NCBI GenBank assembly: GCA_012103255.1
Contig: WLXD01000004.1
Span: 398,460-462,459, forward strand
From: Acidobacteriota bacterium
GTDB lineage: Bacteria > Acidobacteriota > UBA890 > WLXD01
DNA length: 64,000 nucleotides
Reading direction: 5' to 3'
Made by a program: the position numbers and the translations under genes
Part shown: in pieces, positions 47,465 through 57,533 of the stretch
Numbering within the stretch: position 1 is the first letter of the stretch
Layout of the letters: each line of letters starts with the position of its first letter
Notes under the pieces: model-generated
The model's input: only the letters and a program-made list of their open reading frames with translations
The model's database searches: none
Told to the model about the DNA's origin: nothing

Positions 47465-48313
47465 ATGCCGGTCAACCCGCAGAGCTTTCTCTACACGTTC
47501 GACGCGACCACCGGAGTGGCCACGATTGTTCTGAATCGACCGCAGCGCATGAACGCGCTCACCTTCCAGGTGTACGGCGAACTCGGAGAAGTCTTCCGCG
47601 ATCTCGCCGACGAACCCGGTGTGCGGGCGATAGTCCTCACCGGCCAGGGCAAGGCATTCTGCACGGGCGGCGATGTGCACGACATCATCGGCGCCCTGTT
47701 CGAGCGCGACGCCGATGGTCTCTACGAATTCACGCGCATGACCTGTGACGTCATCGAGGCGATGCGCGCCTGCCCGCAGCCAATCATCGCGGCTCTGAAC
47801 GGTACGGTCGCGGGAGCAGGCGCAGTCCTGGCCACGGCCGCGGATCTCCGCGTCGCCGCCGAGTCCGCCCGGATCGCCTACCTGTTCACGAAGGTGGGCC
47901 TGTCGGGCGCCGACATGGGGATGTGCTGGCTGCTCCCGCGGATTGTCGGATTCGGCCGCGCCACTGAACTCCTGATGACCGGCGACTTCATCACGGCCGC
48001 CGAGGCCGAGACGATCGGGCTGTACAACCGCGTCGTGGCTGACGAGAACGTGCTCGAAGTCGCGCTGAATCTCGCCGAACAACTTGCCCAAGGGCCGGCC
48101 TACGGGATCGGGGTTACCAAGCGCCAGCTCGACGAGGAAGCCGACATGACCTTCGTGGACGCGCTCGATCGCGAGGCCCGCGTGCAGGCCGACTGCATGC
48201 GTAGCGCAGACTTTCGCGAGGCCTACGACGCCTTCGTGGAAAAGCGCGAAGCCCGCTTCAACACTGCCGACGGCGACCCGGCGGTGCCGCCGAGCGACGG
48301 AGCCTCCTCATGA
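47465..48313 (+). CDS. Enoyl-CoA hydratase/isomerase (crotonase) family protein
   Basis: …KAFCTGGDV…ALNGTVAGAGAVLA…, the crotonase oxyanion-hole region. Confidence 0.8.
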   Translation: MPVNPQSFLYTFDATTGVATIVLNRPQRMNALTFQVYGELGEVFRDLADEPGVRAIVLTGQGKAFCTGGDVHDIIGALFERDADGLYEFTRMTCDVIEAMRACPQPIIAALNGTVAGAGAVLATAADLRVAAESARIAYLFTKVGLSGADMGMCWLLPRIVGFGRATELLMTGDFITAAEAETIGLYNRVVADENVLEVALNLAEQLAQGPAYGIGVTKRQLDEEADMTFVDALDREARVQADCMRSADFREAYDAFVEKREARFNTADGDPAVPPSDGASS

Positions 48314-49464
48314 GTCAAGTGGCTGAGATCCGCGCGTTTCTCGACCCGGCGCACACGGAGTTTGCCGAACGCTGCGGTGCCTACTGTCGAGAGGAGCTCC
48401 GCGCTCTCCCGGAGCCGCACGACGACGACGCGGCGCGGGTGCAGGCGCGCGAGGTTCTCGACTGGATGGGTCACGCAGGATGGTTCGGCCCTATCGCGGA
48501 AGGCGACCTACGCGAACTGTGCCTCCTCCGCGAGGCTGTCGCCTCGGCCTCGCCGCTGGCGGACGCCGTTGTCGCACTCCAGGGGCTCTCGATCACCCCA
48601 CTTCTGCTGGCTGAGAACGAGGCGATGCGCAGCACCTGGTTGCAGCCGGCGCTGCAGGGCGCGGCAATGGGAGCGTTTGCTCTCACCGAGGCCGAAGCGG
48701 GCTCCGACGTGGCGGCGATCGCCACCACCGCGGTGCGCCACGATGACGTCTATGTCCTCAACGGCGAGAAGACCTTCATCTCGAATGCCGGTATCGCCGA
48801 CTTCTACATCGTCTTCGCAACCACCGATCCCAGCGCTGGAACGCGTGGATTGACCGCCTTCGTTGTCGGCGCGGCGACGCCGGGCTTCGAGTTCGTCGCG
48901 CCGCAGGTCCTGAGTTCGCCCCACCCGCTGGGTACGGTGGCGTTCCGCGACTGCGCGGTGCCCTCCGCGTGCCGACTCGGGGACGAAGGTCAGGGCTTCA
49001 AGCTCGGCATGATGACGCTCGACAAGCTGCGCGTCTCGGTCGGCGCCGCTGCCTGCGGCATGGCCGCGCGCGCACTCGAAGAATCGCTGGCTCACGTCGC
49101 GGCGCGCGAGCAGTTCGGCAAGCCGCTCGCTGAGTACCAACTCGTGCAGGACAAGCTCGCGCGGATGTACGTGGAACTCGCGGCATCGCGCCTGCTCGTA
49201 TATCGCGCGGCCTGGGAAAAGGACCAGGGCGCCGAACGTCTCACGCTCGAGGCAGCCACCGCGAAAGTCGGCGCCACCGAAGCCGCGCAGCGGATCATCG
49301 ATCATGGCGTCCAGCTGCTTGGCGGACGCGGTGTTCTCGCCAACAACGTGGTCGACCGCATGTACCGCAGTATCCGCGCGCTGCGGATCTACGAAGGCAC
49401 CAGCGAGATCCAGCACATCATCATCGCCCGGCAACTACTCGCCGCGGCACAGCAGGAGGCCTGA
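48310..49464 (+). CDS. Acyl-CoA dehydrogenase family protein
   Basis: ACAD fold, …[14 protein letters not shown]…, C-terminal YEGTSEIQ. Confidence 0.8.
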   Translation: MSQVAEIRAFLDPAHTEFAERCGAYCREELRALPEPHDDDAARVQAREVLDWMGHAGWFGPIAEGDLRELCLLREAVASASPLADAVVALQGLSITPLLLAENEAMRSTWLQPALQGAAMGAFALTEAEAGSDVAAIATTAVRHDDVYVLNGEKTFISNAGIADFYIVFATTDPSAGTRGLTAFVVGAATPGFEFVAPQVLSSPHPLGTVAFRDCAVPSACRLGDEGQGFKLGMMTLDKLRVSVGAAACGMAARALEESLAHVAAREQFGKPLAEYQLVQDKLARMYVELAASRLLVYRAAWEKDQGAERLTLEAATAKVGATEAAQRIIDHGVQLLGGRGVLANNVVDRMYRSIRALRIYEGTSEIQHIIIARQLLAAAQQEA

Positions 49465-49467
49465 ACC

Positions 49468-50136
49468 ATGAGCGACGACGTCAAGATCAAGGTTATCGAG
49501 AACGGTCCGCTCCGGGTCAGCGGGGCAGGCCTCTGTCGCATCGGCATCGAAACGAACGAACACTCTCGACCCACCGACTACGGCGCGGAGCGCGATCAGG
49601 ATCACGCAGAGGCCTACTCGCTGTGCCGTTGCGGCGCATCGAGCAAGAAGCCATTCTGCGACGGCACCCACAAGAGCATCGAATGGGATCCGGCCGAAAC
49701 CGCCGACCGTCGGCCAACCGCAGAGCGGCAATGGAAGGTCGCCGGCGATGGGTTCGAGGTGTCCGACGACAAGGCGCTGTGCTGGCACGCAGGCTTCTGC
49801 GTGCGTGAGTTCGGCCATGTGTGGGATCTGACCCCCGCCGCGGAGACGGACGAGGACAAGGCACAGATCAAACAGATGGTGCAGGCGTGTCCGAGCAGTC
49901 GCCTGCAATACCGTGAGCCGGCCGACAGCGAGGCGATCGAGCCCGAGCTGAAGCCACAGATCGCGACCATCGACGATGGTCCGTTCTATGTGCAGGGCGG
50001 AATTCAGATCGAAGCCGCGGACGGCCATCAGTACGAACGCCTCAATCGCGTCAGCCTGTGCCGTTGCGGACTCTCCGAGAACAAGCCGTACTGTGACGGC
50101 GCGCACTCCAAAGCGGACTTCAAGGACGCCGGGTAG
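49468..50136 (+). CDS. CDGSH-type (mitoNEET-like) iron-sulfur domain protein with two CDGSH motifs
   Basis: CRCGASSKKPFCDGTH and CRCGLSENKPYCDGAH. Confidence 0.8.
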   Translation: MSDDVKIKVIENGPLRVSGAGLCRIGIETNEHSRPTDYGAERDQDHAEAYSLCRCGASSKKPFCDGTHKSIEWDPAETADRRPTAERQWKVAGDGFEVSDDKALCWHAGFCVREFGHVWDLTPAAETDEDKAQIKQMVQACPSSRLQYREPADSEAIEPELKPQIATIDDGPFYVQGGIQIEAADGHQYERLNRVSLCRCGLSENKPYCDGAHSKADFKDAG

Positions 50137-50139
50137 TAC

Positions 50140-52509
50140 ATGCGGATTCATTGCCTCGGGGGCGGACCGGCCGGCCTGTACTTCGCCATTCTGATGAAGC
50201 GCAGGCGGCCGGAATGCGAGGTCGTGGTCTGGGAGCAGAACAGGGTCGAGGACACGTTCGGCTTCGGCGTCGTGTTCTCGGACGCGACCATGGACAACCT
50301 CGAGGCTGCCGACCCGGAGTCATGGCGGCGCGTGCGCGAGGCGTTCTATCGCTGGGACGATATCCACATCCACTATCGCGGCGACCTGCTCGAGTCCACC
50401 GGACACGGGTTCGCCGGCATGTCGCGGATGCGGCTTCTCGAGATCCTCTCTGCGCGCGCCCAGGAACTGGGCGCCGAGATCCGTTTCGGCACCACCGTAA
50501 ATGATCCTCGCGACCTGGCGGATGCCGACCTGGTGGTAGCCGGCGACGGCCTGCACAGCCCCACTCGGGAACAGTTCGCGGAGCATTTCAAACCGACCGT
50601 CGACATGCGGCCGAATCGCTTCGTCTGGCTGGGCACCACGTGCCCGTTCCCGGCGTTCACGTTCGACTTCGTGGAGAACGACCACGGCCTCTGGCGGCTC
50701 CACGCCTACCAGTACGAGCCCCGGCACGCCGACCCGGATGACCCGGAGCCGATCTCGACGTTCATCGTTGAGGCCACCGACGAGACGTTCGCTCGCGCCG
50801 GCCTCGAGATCAATGACGAGAACGCGACGATCGCATACTGCCAGGAACTATTCGCCGAGCGATTGGGCACGCACCGACTCATCGCCAACAAATCGATCTG
50901 GCGTCAGTTCCCCACCGTCCGCAACGAACGCTGGTCCCACGACAATTTCGTACTCGTCGGCGATGCCGTGCACACCGCGCACTTCTCAATCGGGTCCGGC
51001 ACGAAGCTCGCCATGGAAGACAGCATCGCGCTCGTCGATCACATCGACGCCGCCTGGCCGGCGGGCGGGCCGATACCGGCGCCTGAACGCGTCACGCAGG
51101 CACTGGAGGGCTATCAGGCGGACCGACGCCCTGACACCGACAGTCTGCAACGTGCTGCCCAGGTAAGCCTTCAGTGGTTCGAGGACACAGAGCGCTACTG
51201 GAACGCCGAATCGATCGAGTTCGGATTCAGTCTCTTGACGAGGAGCCTGCGGATCACCCACGCGGATCTGGCTGAACGCGATCCCCTCTATGTCGACCGC
51301 ATCGATCACTGGTTCGCCGACCAGGCCGCCGCCCAGTCCGGCGTTGCCGTTGAAGCGATGTCCGCGCTTCCGGAGAAGCTAGCTCCCGACGTCCATAGCC
51401 CGGCTCGGGAGTATGTCCGGCGCCCCGTTCCTCCCCCGATGTTCACGCCCTTCAAGCTGCGCGAGATGACGGTCGCAAACCGCGTCGTCGTCTCGCCCAT
51501 GTGCCAGTACAGCGCAACCGACGGCCTCCCGGACGAGTGGCACTTCGTGCACCTCGGCTCCCGTGCCCTGGGCGGAGCCGGCCTGATCGTCACCGAGATG
51601 ACCGACATCTCGCCGGACGCTCGCATCACGCCTGGGTGCACGGGGCTCTACAACGACGAGCAGGTCGATGCCTGGCGTCGTGTTCTCGATTTCGTGCACG
51701 CCAACAGCTATTCGAAAGTCGCCGTGCAGCTCGCCCATGCAGGCCGCAAGGGCTCTACGAAGCTGGCCTGGGAGGGGAACGACGCGCCGCTCGAGGACGG
51801 CTGGCCGCTGCTGGCGCCATCACCTATTCCATGGCACGCCGACAGTCCGGTACCGCACGAGATGACGCGCGCGGATATGGACGAGGTGCGCGATCTGTTC
51901 GTCGCGGCCACCGAGCGTGCCGCAGTGGCCGGGTTCGACATGTGCGAGTTGCACATGGCGCACGGCTACCTGCTCTCGACGTTCATCTCGCCGCTCACCA
52001 ACGAGCGCGATGACGAATTCGGGGGCTCGCTCGAGAATCGCATGCGCTACCCGCTCGAGGTCTTCCGCGCGATGCGCGCAGCCTGGCCGGATGAGCGTCC
52101 GATGTCGGTGAGGATCTCGGCGGTCGATTGGGCGCCCGGCGGCATGGAGCCGGCCGACTCGGTTGAGGTCGCGCGGATGCTCAAGAGCGCCGGATGCGAC
52201 CTCGTGGATGTGTCGGCGGGACAAACCGTCCCGCACGCGCGCCCAGTGTACGGCCGACAGTTCCAGACACCCTTCGCCGAGCGCATCCGCCGCGAGGTGG
52301 GAATTCACACGATGGCGGTGGGCAACATCTCCTCCTACATGGACGTCAACACGATTCTCGCCGCAGGCCGAGCGGACCTATGCGCCCTCGCCCGCGCTCA
52401 TCTGTGGGACCCGTATTGGACCCGCAACGCAGCGCAGAAACAGGGATGGGACCTGCCGTGGCCCGATGCGTACTCGGTGCTCGACCGTTACCGACCACGA
52501 TTCGAATAG
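50140..52509 (+). CDS. Fusion of an FAD-dependent aromatic-ring monooxygenase (N-terminal) and an Old-Yellow-Enzyme-like FMN/NADH oxidoreductase (C-terminal); 2-aminobenzoyl-CoA monooxygenase/reductase (ACMR)-type
   Basis: N-terminal GGGPAGL FAD motif and salicylate-hydroxylase-like region. C-terminal SPMCQYSA...[12 protein letters not shown]...QLAHAGRKG, the OYE/YqjM signature. The fusion architecture is that described for Azoarcus evansii ACMR. Confidence 0.7.
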   Translation: MRIHCLGGGPAGLYFAILMKRRRPECEVVVWEQNRVEDTFGFGVVFSDATMDNLEAADPESWRRVREAFYRWDDIHIHYRGDLLESTGHGFAGMSRMRLLEILSARAQELGAEIRFGTTVNDPRDLADADLVVAGDGLHSPTREQFAEHFKPTVDMRPNRFVWLGTTCPFPAFTFDFVENDHGLWRLHAYQYEPRHADPDDPEPISTFIVEATDETFARAGLEINDENATIAYCQELFAERLGTHRLIANKSIWRQFPTVRNERWSHDNFVLVGDAVHTAHFSIGSGTKLAMEDSIALVDHIDAAWPAGGPIPAPERVTQALEGYQADRRPDTDSLQRAAQVSLQWFEDTERYWNAESIEFGFSLLTRSLRITHADLAERDPLYVDRIDHWFADQAAAQSGVAVEAMSALPEKLAPDVHSPAREYVRRPVPPPMFTPFKLREMTVANRVVVSPMCQYSATDGLPDEWHFVHLGSRALGGAGLIVTEMTDISPDARITPGCTGLYNDEQVDAWRRVLDFVHANSYSKVAVQLAHAGRKGSTKLAWEGNDAPLEDGWPLLAPSPIPWHADSPVPHEMTRADMDEVRDLFVAATERAAVAGFDMCELHMAHGYLLSTFISPLTNERDDEFGGSLENRMRYPLEVFRAMRAAWPDERPMSVRISAVDWAPGGMEPADSVEVARMLKSAGCDLVDVSAGQTVPHARPVYGRQFQTPFAERIRREVGIHTMAVGNISSYMDVNTILAAGRADLCALARAHLWDPYWTRNAAQKQGWDLPWPDAYSVLDRYRPRFE

Positions 52510-52518
52510 GATCAGACG

Positions 52519-53304
52519 ATGCGATCCCAGACCTACAGTGAGTACCTCGCGCTCGAAGAGCTTCTTTCTATCCAGCGCGAGAAGTCGGATGGGCCCGAGC
52601 ACGATGAGCTTCTGTTCATCGTCATCCACCAGGTGTACGAACTCTGGTTCAAGCAGGAGCTGCACGAGGTCGACTATCTCTGCGAGCAACTCGACGGCAA
52701 CAACGCCTCGCGGGCACTGAGCACGCTGCGGCGCGTGCTCACGATACTCAAGACTCTGGTCGGCCAGATCGACGTCCTGGAGACGATGACGCCGCTCGAC
52801 TTCCTCAGCTTCAGGAATCGACTTGAGTCGGCGAGCGGTTTCGAGTCGTTCCAGTTTCGCGAGTTCGAGTTCGCGCTCGGCATGAAGAGCCCCGCCGTGC
52901 TCGATCGCTTCGCCGATCACGCGTTTGCGTTCGATCGGCTGCAGACCCGGCTCGAGGCGCCTTCGGTGTGGCAACGCGTGCTGCGCTACCTGGCCGCCCA
53001 GGGCGCAGCGATTCCCACAGCGGCGCTGGAGCGCGACCCCGCACTCCCGACAGAAGCCGACGCCGATGTGCAGAGTGCGCTTGTTGATGTCTACCGCGGC
53101 GATGCCGCGCTGATGCAACTATGCGAACGCCTGATCGATCTCGACGAGGGCGTCCAGGAATGGCGCTACCGGCACGTCAAGATGGTGCAGCGCACGATCG
53201 GAACGAAACGAGGCACCGGCGGCTCGGCCGGAGTCGAGTATCTCCAGAGCACGCTCTTCAAGCCGGTATTCCCCGACCTGTGGGCAATCCGGGCCGATCT
53301 ATGA
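52519..53304 (+). CDS. kynA: Tryptophan 2,3-dioxygenase
   Basis: YSEYLALEELLSIQ...HDELLFIVIHQVYELWFKQ, the TDO signature. Confidence 0.8.
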   Translation: MRSQTYSEYLALEELLSIQREKSDGPEHDELLFIVIHQVYELWFKQELHEVDYLCEQLDGNNASRALSTLRRVLTILKTLVGQIDVLETMTPLDFLSFRNRLESASGFESFQFREFEFALGMKSPAVLDRFADHAFAFDRLQTRLEAPSVWQRVLRYLAAQGAAIPTAALERDPALPTEADADVQSALVDVYRGDAALMQLCERLIDLDEGVQEWRYRHVKMVQRTIGTKRGTGGSAGVEYLQSTLFKPVFPDLWAIRADL

Positions 53305-54503
53305 CCCGGGTTCTTCCGGCCTCGCTGTTCGCCAACCCCAACGCCATCGCGGCGGACTACTCGCGATTCGGCGTCGCCGATCGGATGCTGCTGAGCGGGC
53401 ACTCGCATCAGGCGTGGCCCGACTGCGGCTTCGAGGGTCAGCAGAAAGCCTGGCTCGACGCTGCCGAACTGGTCGATCGGAAGTGGGAACGCGCCTTCGC
53501 CAAGGCGGAGCGTGTGCGCGACGGCTGGCGGCGGTTGCTCGACGAACCAGACGCCGAGGTCGCACTCGGAGCCAACACCCACGAACTCGTCATCCGCCTG
53601 CTCTCCGCGTTGCCGCTCGATCAACGCCCCCGGATCGTCACGACAGACGGGGAATTCCACACGCTCCGTCGCCAATTCGACCGCCTGGAAGAAGCGGGCA
53701 TCGAAATACACCGAGTCGCTGCTGAACCAGTCGACACACTGGCAGCGCGTCTCGCGCAGGAGGTGGATGCGCGCACCGCGCTGGTCGGCGTTTCATGTGT
53801 GATGTTCCGGTCCGCCCATATTGTCCCCAATCTCGGCGAGCTAGCGACGGCGTGCGCACGCCAGGGCTCGGCGCTGCTTGTCGACTCGTACCATGCGCTC
53901 AACGTGGTGCCCTTCTCAGTGCCAAGGCAGGGTCTAGAGTCCGCGTTCGTGGTAGGCGGCGGCTACAAGTATTGCCAGTTCGGAGAAGGCAACTGCTTCC
54001 TCCGTGTCCCGCGAGACTGCGATCTACGCCCGGTCATTACCGGCTGGTACGCCGAGTTCGAGGCGCTGGAGGAAAAGGCCGACGGCACAGTGAAGTACGG
54101 CCGCGGCGCCGGGCGCTTCGCGGGCGCGACCTACGACCCGACGGCGCACTATCGCGCGGCCAGCGTTCTCGATTATTTCGAAGAGCGCGGTCTTACCGCC
54201 GAAGTTCTCCGCGAAGTCAGTCAGCACCAGGTCGGAGTCCTGGCGGACGGCTTCGACGCCCTGGATATGGACCCTCGGGTGATCGCGCGCGATCGCTCAG
54301 CTCCCCTGGCAAACACCGCTGGTTTCCTGGCCCTGCGGGCAGAGCAGGCCGGCGTCGTGAGCGAGGCACTGTTCGAGCGTGGCGTCGCCAATGACTATCG
54401 TGACGACGTGCTACGACTGGGTCCGGCACCCTATCTGAGCGACTCGCAGCTTCGCGCCGCCATCGAGATTCTCGGCGAGATCATCAAGGACGTGAATTCA
54501 TGA
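53271..54503 (+). CDS. kynU: Kynureninase-family PLP-dependent hydrolase
   Basis: …LLVDSYHALNVVPF… and GGGYKYCQFGEG (PLP-lysine YKY motif of kynureninase). 410 aa from MTRVL at 53271, overlapping the TDO end by 34 nt. Confidence 0.65.
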   Translation, partial: PRPVGNPGRSMTRVLPASLFANPNAIAADYSRFGVADRMLLSGHSHQAWPDCGFEGQQKAWLDAAELVDRKWERAFAKAERVRDGWRRLLDEPDAEVALGANTHELVIRLLSALPLDQRPRIVTTDGEFHTLRRQFDRLEEAGIEIHRVAAEPVDTLAARLAQEVDARTALVGVSCVMFRSAHIVPNLGELATACARQGSALLVDSYHALNVVPFSVPRQGLESAFVVGGGYKYCQFGEGNCFLRVPRDCDLRPVITGWYAEFEALEEKADGTVKYGRGAGRFAGATYDPTAHYRAASVLDYFEERGLTAEVLREVSQHQVGVLADGFDALDMDPRVIARDRSAPLANTAGFLALRAEQAGVVSEALFERGVANDYRDDVLRLGPAPYLSDSQLRAAIEILGEIIKDVNS

Positions 54504-56110
54504 AGTTGACCGTGGCTCGAACCGCGACCGTTCTCGCGCTCCTGACACTCGCCGTTGCCGCGCCAGAGGCCCAAGGACAGGAGATCGAATGGGGCGTCTG
54601 CGCCGAAGCGCCGCATGACGACGCGCAGTGCGGGCACCTGACGCTGCCGCTGGACCCGACCGGAGGCGACGCAGGCACCATCGATATCCAGCTCGGCCGA
54701 ATCCTCGCGCCGGCTGACAGCGAGCCCCGGACGTTGCTCTGGTATCTCCCGGGAGGGCCCGGCGATGCCGGCGTCGAGACACTGGGTCGGCTCCACGCGA
54801 TCTTCGGGGAAATCGGCGTCGACATCTACTCCATCGACCATCGCGGGGTGGGTGGCTCGGAATTGCTGCGTTGTCCGGATCAGGAAGCGGAAGATAGTCC
54901 CGAAGGCCGGGAACTCTCGGAGGAAGAGTGGCCGGAGTGCGTGACCTGGATTCAGACGAATCGCACGGACCTGCCCTACCTGACGACAGACGCCGCCGCG
55001 CATGACGTGGCCGCGGCGATCAATACCGTCACGGGGCCCGACGATCGCGTGATTCTCTTCGGGGCCTCCTACGGCACCTATTGGGCCAATCGATACCTGA
55101 CTCACTACCCAGATCAGGTAGACGGCGTGGTATTGGATGGAATCGTTCCGGCCGACTGGACGTTCGCCGAGTTCGACGCCTCGCTCGATGCCACGGGGCG
55201 CGCCCTGCTCGACCGCTGCGCCCGCGACGAAGAGTGTGGCTCGTACCTCGGCCCGGATCCGGCTGCGAAGGCCGAGGAACTCCCCGACCGATTTGCCGAG
55301 GGGCATTGCCCCGACCTGAGCAGTGAAATCGACGGCCGCACACTGCGGCTCGTTTTCGGCAATATGTTGATGTCGGGCCCCGATGTCTGGCCGTACCTGC
55401 CAGCGCTGATCTATCGCATCGACAAGTGCCGAGTTCGCGACCTGGAGGCGACGGGCGCGCTCTTCGAAAACCTCTTCGAGTCGGGCGAGGTTGGCGAGCC
55501 CGAATCACATTCGCCCGTCCTGCAGCGACACGTCTCCATGTCGGAACTATGGCCGGAGGATGGCCCCACAGTGGAGAGTCTCGAGGCCGCGATCGGCCGC
55601 TCCACGATGACCACTGCTGTGAGCTCGTCGTTCGCATCGACGTACCCGGGCTGGCCGCGCTACGCGCGTCCCGCCGATTGGGGCCAACTGGCCAACTACA
55701 CCGGCCCGCTCCTGCTGTTACACGGCGGCCTTGACCCCACAATGCCGGTCGATCGTCTCGCGGATCTGCGCGATCACTTTTCCGCGGCCGGCCAGGAGTT
55801 CGTGCTCTTTCCCGACGCGGGCCACGTGACGCTCAATGGCAACCCTTGCGCCCGCGCGATGTATTTCGCCTTCATTGCAGCGCCGGGTACGCCCGTGGAC
55901 CGAACCTGTGTGACCGACGTTGCGGGACTGAGCCTTACCGCCCCCGAAACCGACACCCCGCTGTTCGGCACGGACGACTTCTGGGGCGAAAGCACCACCA
56001 CGATGGAAGTCACCGTGCTCGCGATCAACATCCTCATCGCCGCAGCAGTGGCAGGCATGGTCGTATGGGTCTCGCGGTGGCTCCGCCGTCGACGGGCTCG
56101 TAACGCCTAG
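54500..56110 (+). CDS. Secreted alpha/beta-hydrolase (S33 prolyl/tripeptidyl aminopeptidase-like) with a C-terminal TM anchor
   Basis: Signal peptide, nucleophile elbow GASYGT, C-terminal hydrophobic helix LAINILIAAAVAGMVVWV followed by RRRRAR. Confidence 0.65.
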   Translation: MKLTVARTATVLALLTLAVAAPEAQGQEIEWGVCAEAPHDDAQCGHLTLPLDPTGGDAGTIDIQLGRILAPADSEPRTLLWYLPGGPGDAGVETLGRLHAIFGEIGVDIYSIDHRGVGGSELLRCPDQEAEDSPEGRELSEEEWPECVTWIQTNRTDLPYLTTDAAAHDVAAAINTVTGPDDRVILFGASYGTYWANRYLTHYPDQVDGVVLDGIVPADWTFAEFDASLDATGRALLDRCARDEECGSYLGPDPAAKAEELPDRFAEGHCPDLSSEIDGRTLRLVFGNMLMSGPDVWPYLPALIYRIDKCRVRDLEATGALFENLFESGEVGEPESHSPVLQRHVSMSELWPEDGPTVESLEAAIGRSTMTTAVSSSFASTYPGWPRYARPADWGQLANYTGPLLLLHGGLDPTMPVDRLADLRDHFSAAGQEFVLFPDAGHVTLNGNPCARAMYFAFIAAPGTPVDRTCVTDVAGLSLTAPETDTPLFGTDDFWGESTTTMEVTVLAINILIAAAVAGMVVWVSRWLRRRRARNA

Positions 56111-56210
56111 CCGCAATCGCGACCCGCTGACTCCAGACAGACGAACGCCGCGAACCGGCGAACAGGACCGGTCCACGGCGTGAGTTGAGGGAATCGATCG
56201 AGCGATCGGT

Positions 56211-56244
56211 GGGTCTCCCCTTCAGGCGGTTGTTGGATCTCCCG
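56211..56244. repeat. Two copies of motif GGrTCTCCCs (GGGTCTCCCC, GGATCTCCCG) just downstream of the pilin-like gene
   Basis: Read directly; a third copy lies at 57111-57120. Confidence 0.4.
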
Positions 56245-56260
56245 CTTGCAAAGTCGTTGG

Positions 56261-57082
56261 TCAGCGTCCGGAGCTGGCGGAGGCGAGAGCGACGAAGTCA
56301 TCATCGCCAGTGAACCAGCCGCCGGGCTGATTGAAGTCGGTGTCGATTGCCTCGTCCGGTCCCGCCGACATGCACACCACTGCCGAGCTGAATCCGTCGG
56401 ACGCCGAATCGGCAGGCACGTGCATCGCAAAGACGTTCGCCATGTAGCGATTGCCCCACGGATCGGGGTCGACGGCGTCGGAGATGTACGGCCCGCGCCA
56501 GGCGAACAGCGAGTTGAAACCCTGGCCGGAACTCGGGTCGAACAGCAGACCGCCAGGGATTCCGGCGCTCGTGCCACCGTTCACCATGTCCGCCGGCGTG
56601 CGGTGAGCGGCCGTTCCGTTCCCCAAAGGCGTGTTGTGGATCAGGTGGTTGCCAAAAGTATCGACGCGGAACTGCACCGACAGTCCTGCGAAATCGGTCG
56701 ACTCGGCAAACGCTTCGATCGTCGGCAATTGCCAGTTCTCGCCTTCAACGGAACCGCCGAGCTCAGGTGTGTCGCCATCGCCGATGAGCAGGCCCACCGG
56801 CGAGGTTCGGTCGGGCGTATCAGCATTGGAACCGCCGCCATCACGACCGCCCCACTGCCAGAACGCAAGTTCGCCGGTGTCGACGACGTACCTCGAAATG
56901 GCCGAACACAGCGCGCCCAGGTCTTCCTTGACGCGAGCGTAGCGGGCGAGCCGATTGAATCCGCCGAGGTTCGGCAAGAGGATCGTCGAGAGAATCACCA
57001 GCACAAGCAGGATGATTGTGACCTCGACAAGCGTGAAGCCTTCCTGCCCTGGGCGCTGCCTGGGGGTCGGTCGCTGTGTCAT
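56261..57082 (-). CDS. Prepilin-type (type IV pilin / T2SS pseudopilin-like) protein with N-terminal cleavage/methylation motif; orphan
   Basis: ...PGQEG|FTLVEVTIILLVLVIL (G|FTLVE class-III signal with Glu+5). 273 aa; AGGGA SD. Confidence 0.75.
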   Translation of the reverse strand: MTQRPTPRQRPGQEGFTLVEVTIILLVLVILSTILLPNLGGFNRLARYARVKEDLGALCSAISRYVVDTGELAFWQWGGRDGGGSNADTPDRTSPVGLLIGDGDTPELGGSVEGENWQLPTIEAFAESTDFAGLSVQFRVDTFGNHLIHNTPLGNGTAAHRTPADMVNGGTSAGIPGGLLFDPSSGQGFNSLFAWRGPYISDAVDPDPWGNRYMANVFAMHVPADSASDGFSSAVVCMSAGPDEAIDTDFNQPGGWFTGDDDFVALASASSGR

Positions 57083-57110
57083 TCCCTACGCTCCAACGAA
57101 ACTGGGGTTT

Positions 57111-57136
57111 GGGTCTCCCGTTTGCGTCGTGCAAGG
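57111..57136. repeat. Third copy of GGGTCTCCCG-TTTGC motif, about 35 nt upstream of the pilin-like gene start
   Basis: gggtctcccgtttgcgtcgtgcaagg compared with ggatctcccgcttgcaaagtcgttgg at 56235. Confidence 0.4.
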
Positions 57137-57533
57137 AAGGTAGCCTCGAATGTCGCTCGACCGAAGTCGGCTGGGCCTAGCCTGGACGCATCTGACCAGA
57201 TGGTCACTCGTGCCCACTCGCGGCCAATGTCGACCCGGTCCGAATCGGGCCCGTACACGGCCCAGGTGGGCAAGGCCCGCCAGCGGCGGCGCGTGGATGC
57301 GCAATCCGGCCCGGATACGACAAGAGCGGACATGACGGGCTGACAACAGGACGCGATGGGTCGACGACGGACGGCCATGCGCGGCCACTCCTTGCGACCT
57401 CTCCGCCGGGTGGGACCGCGGCTCCGCGCAAGGAGGCCAGGCGCACCTCGTGGATCATTTGGTAACGTATAAAGACTATAAGTGACTTTTAACGATCAGA
57501 ACTTTCTTCACCACAGAGACGCCACGAGGGCAA

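Noticed and set aside
48508-49434. 308-aa minus-strand ORF
   Set aside because: Antisense to the acyl-CoA dehydrogenase gene
57083-57533. Small ORFs in the 450-bp gap (57150..57335 on the plus strand and several on the minus strand)
   Set aside because: All are Arg/Pro-rich with no start context; the region is treated as non-coding leader or possible ncRNA
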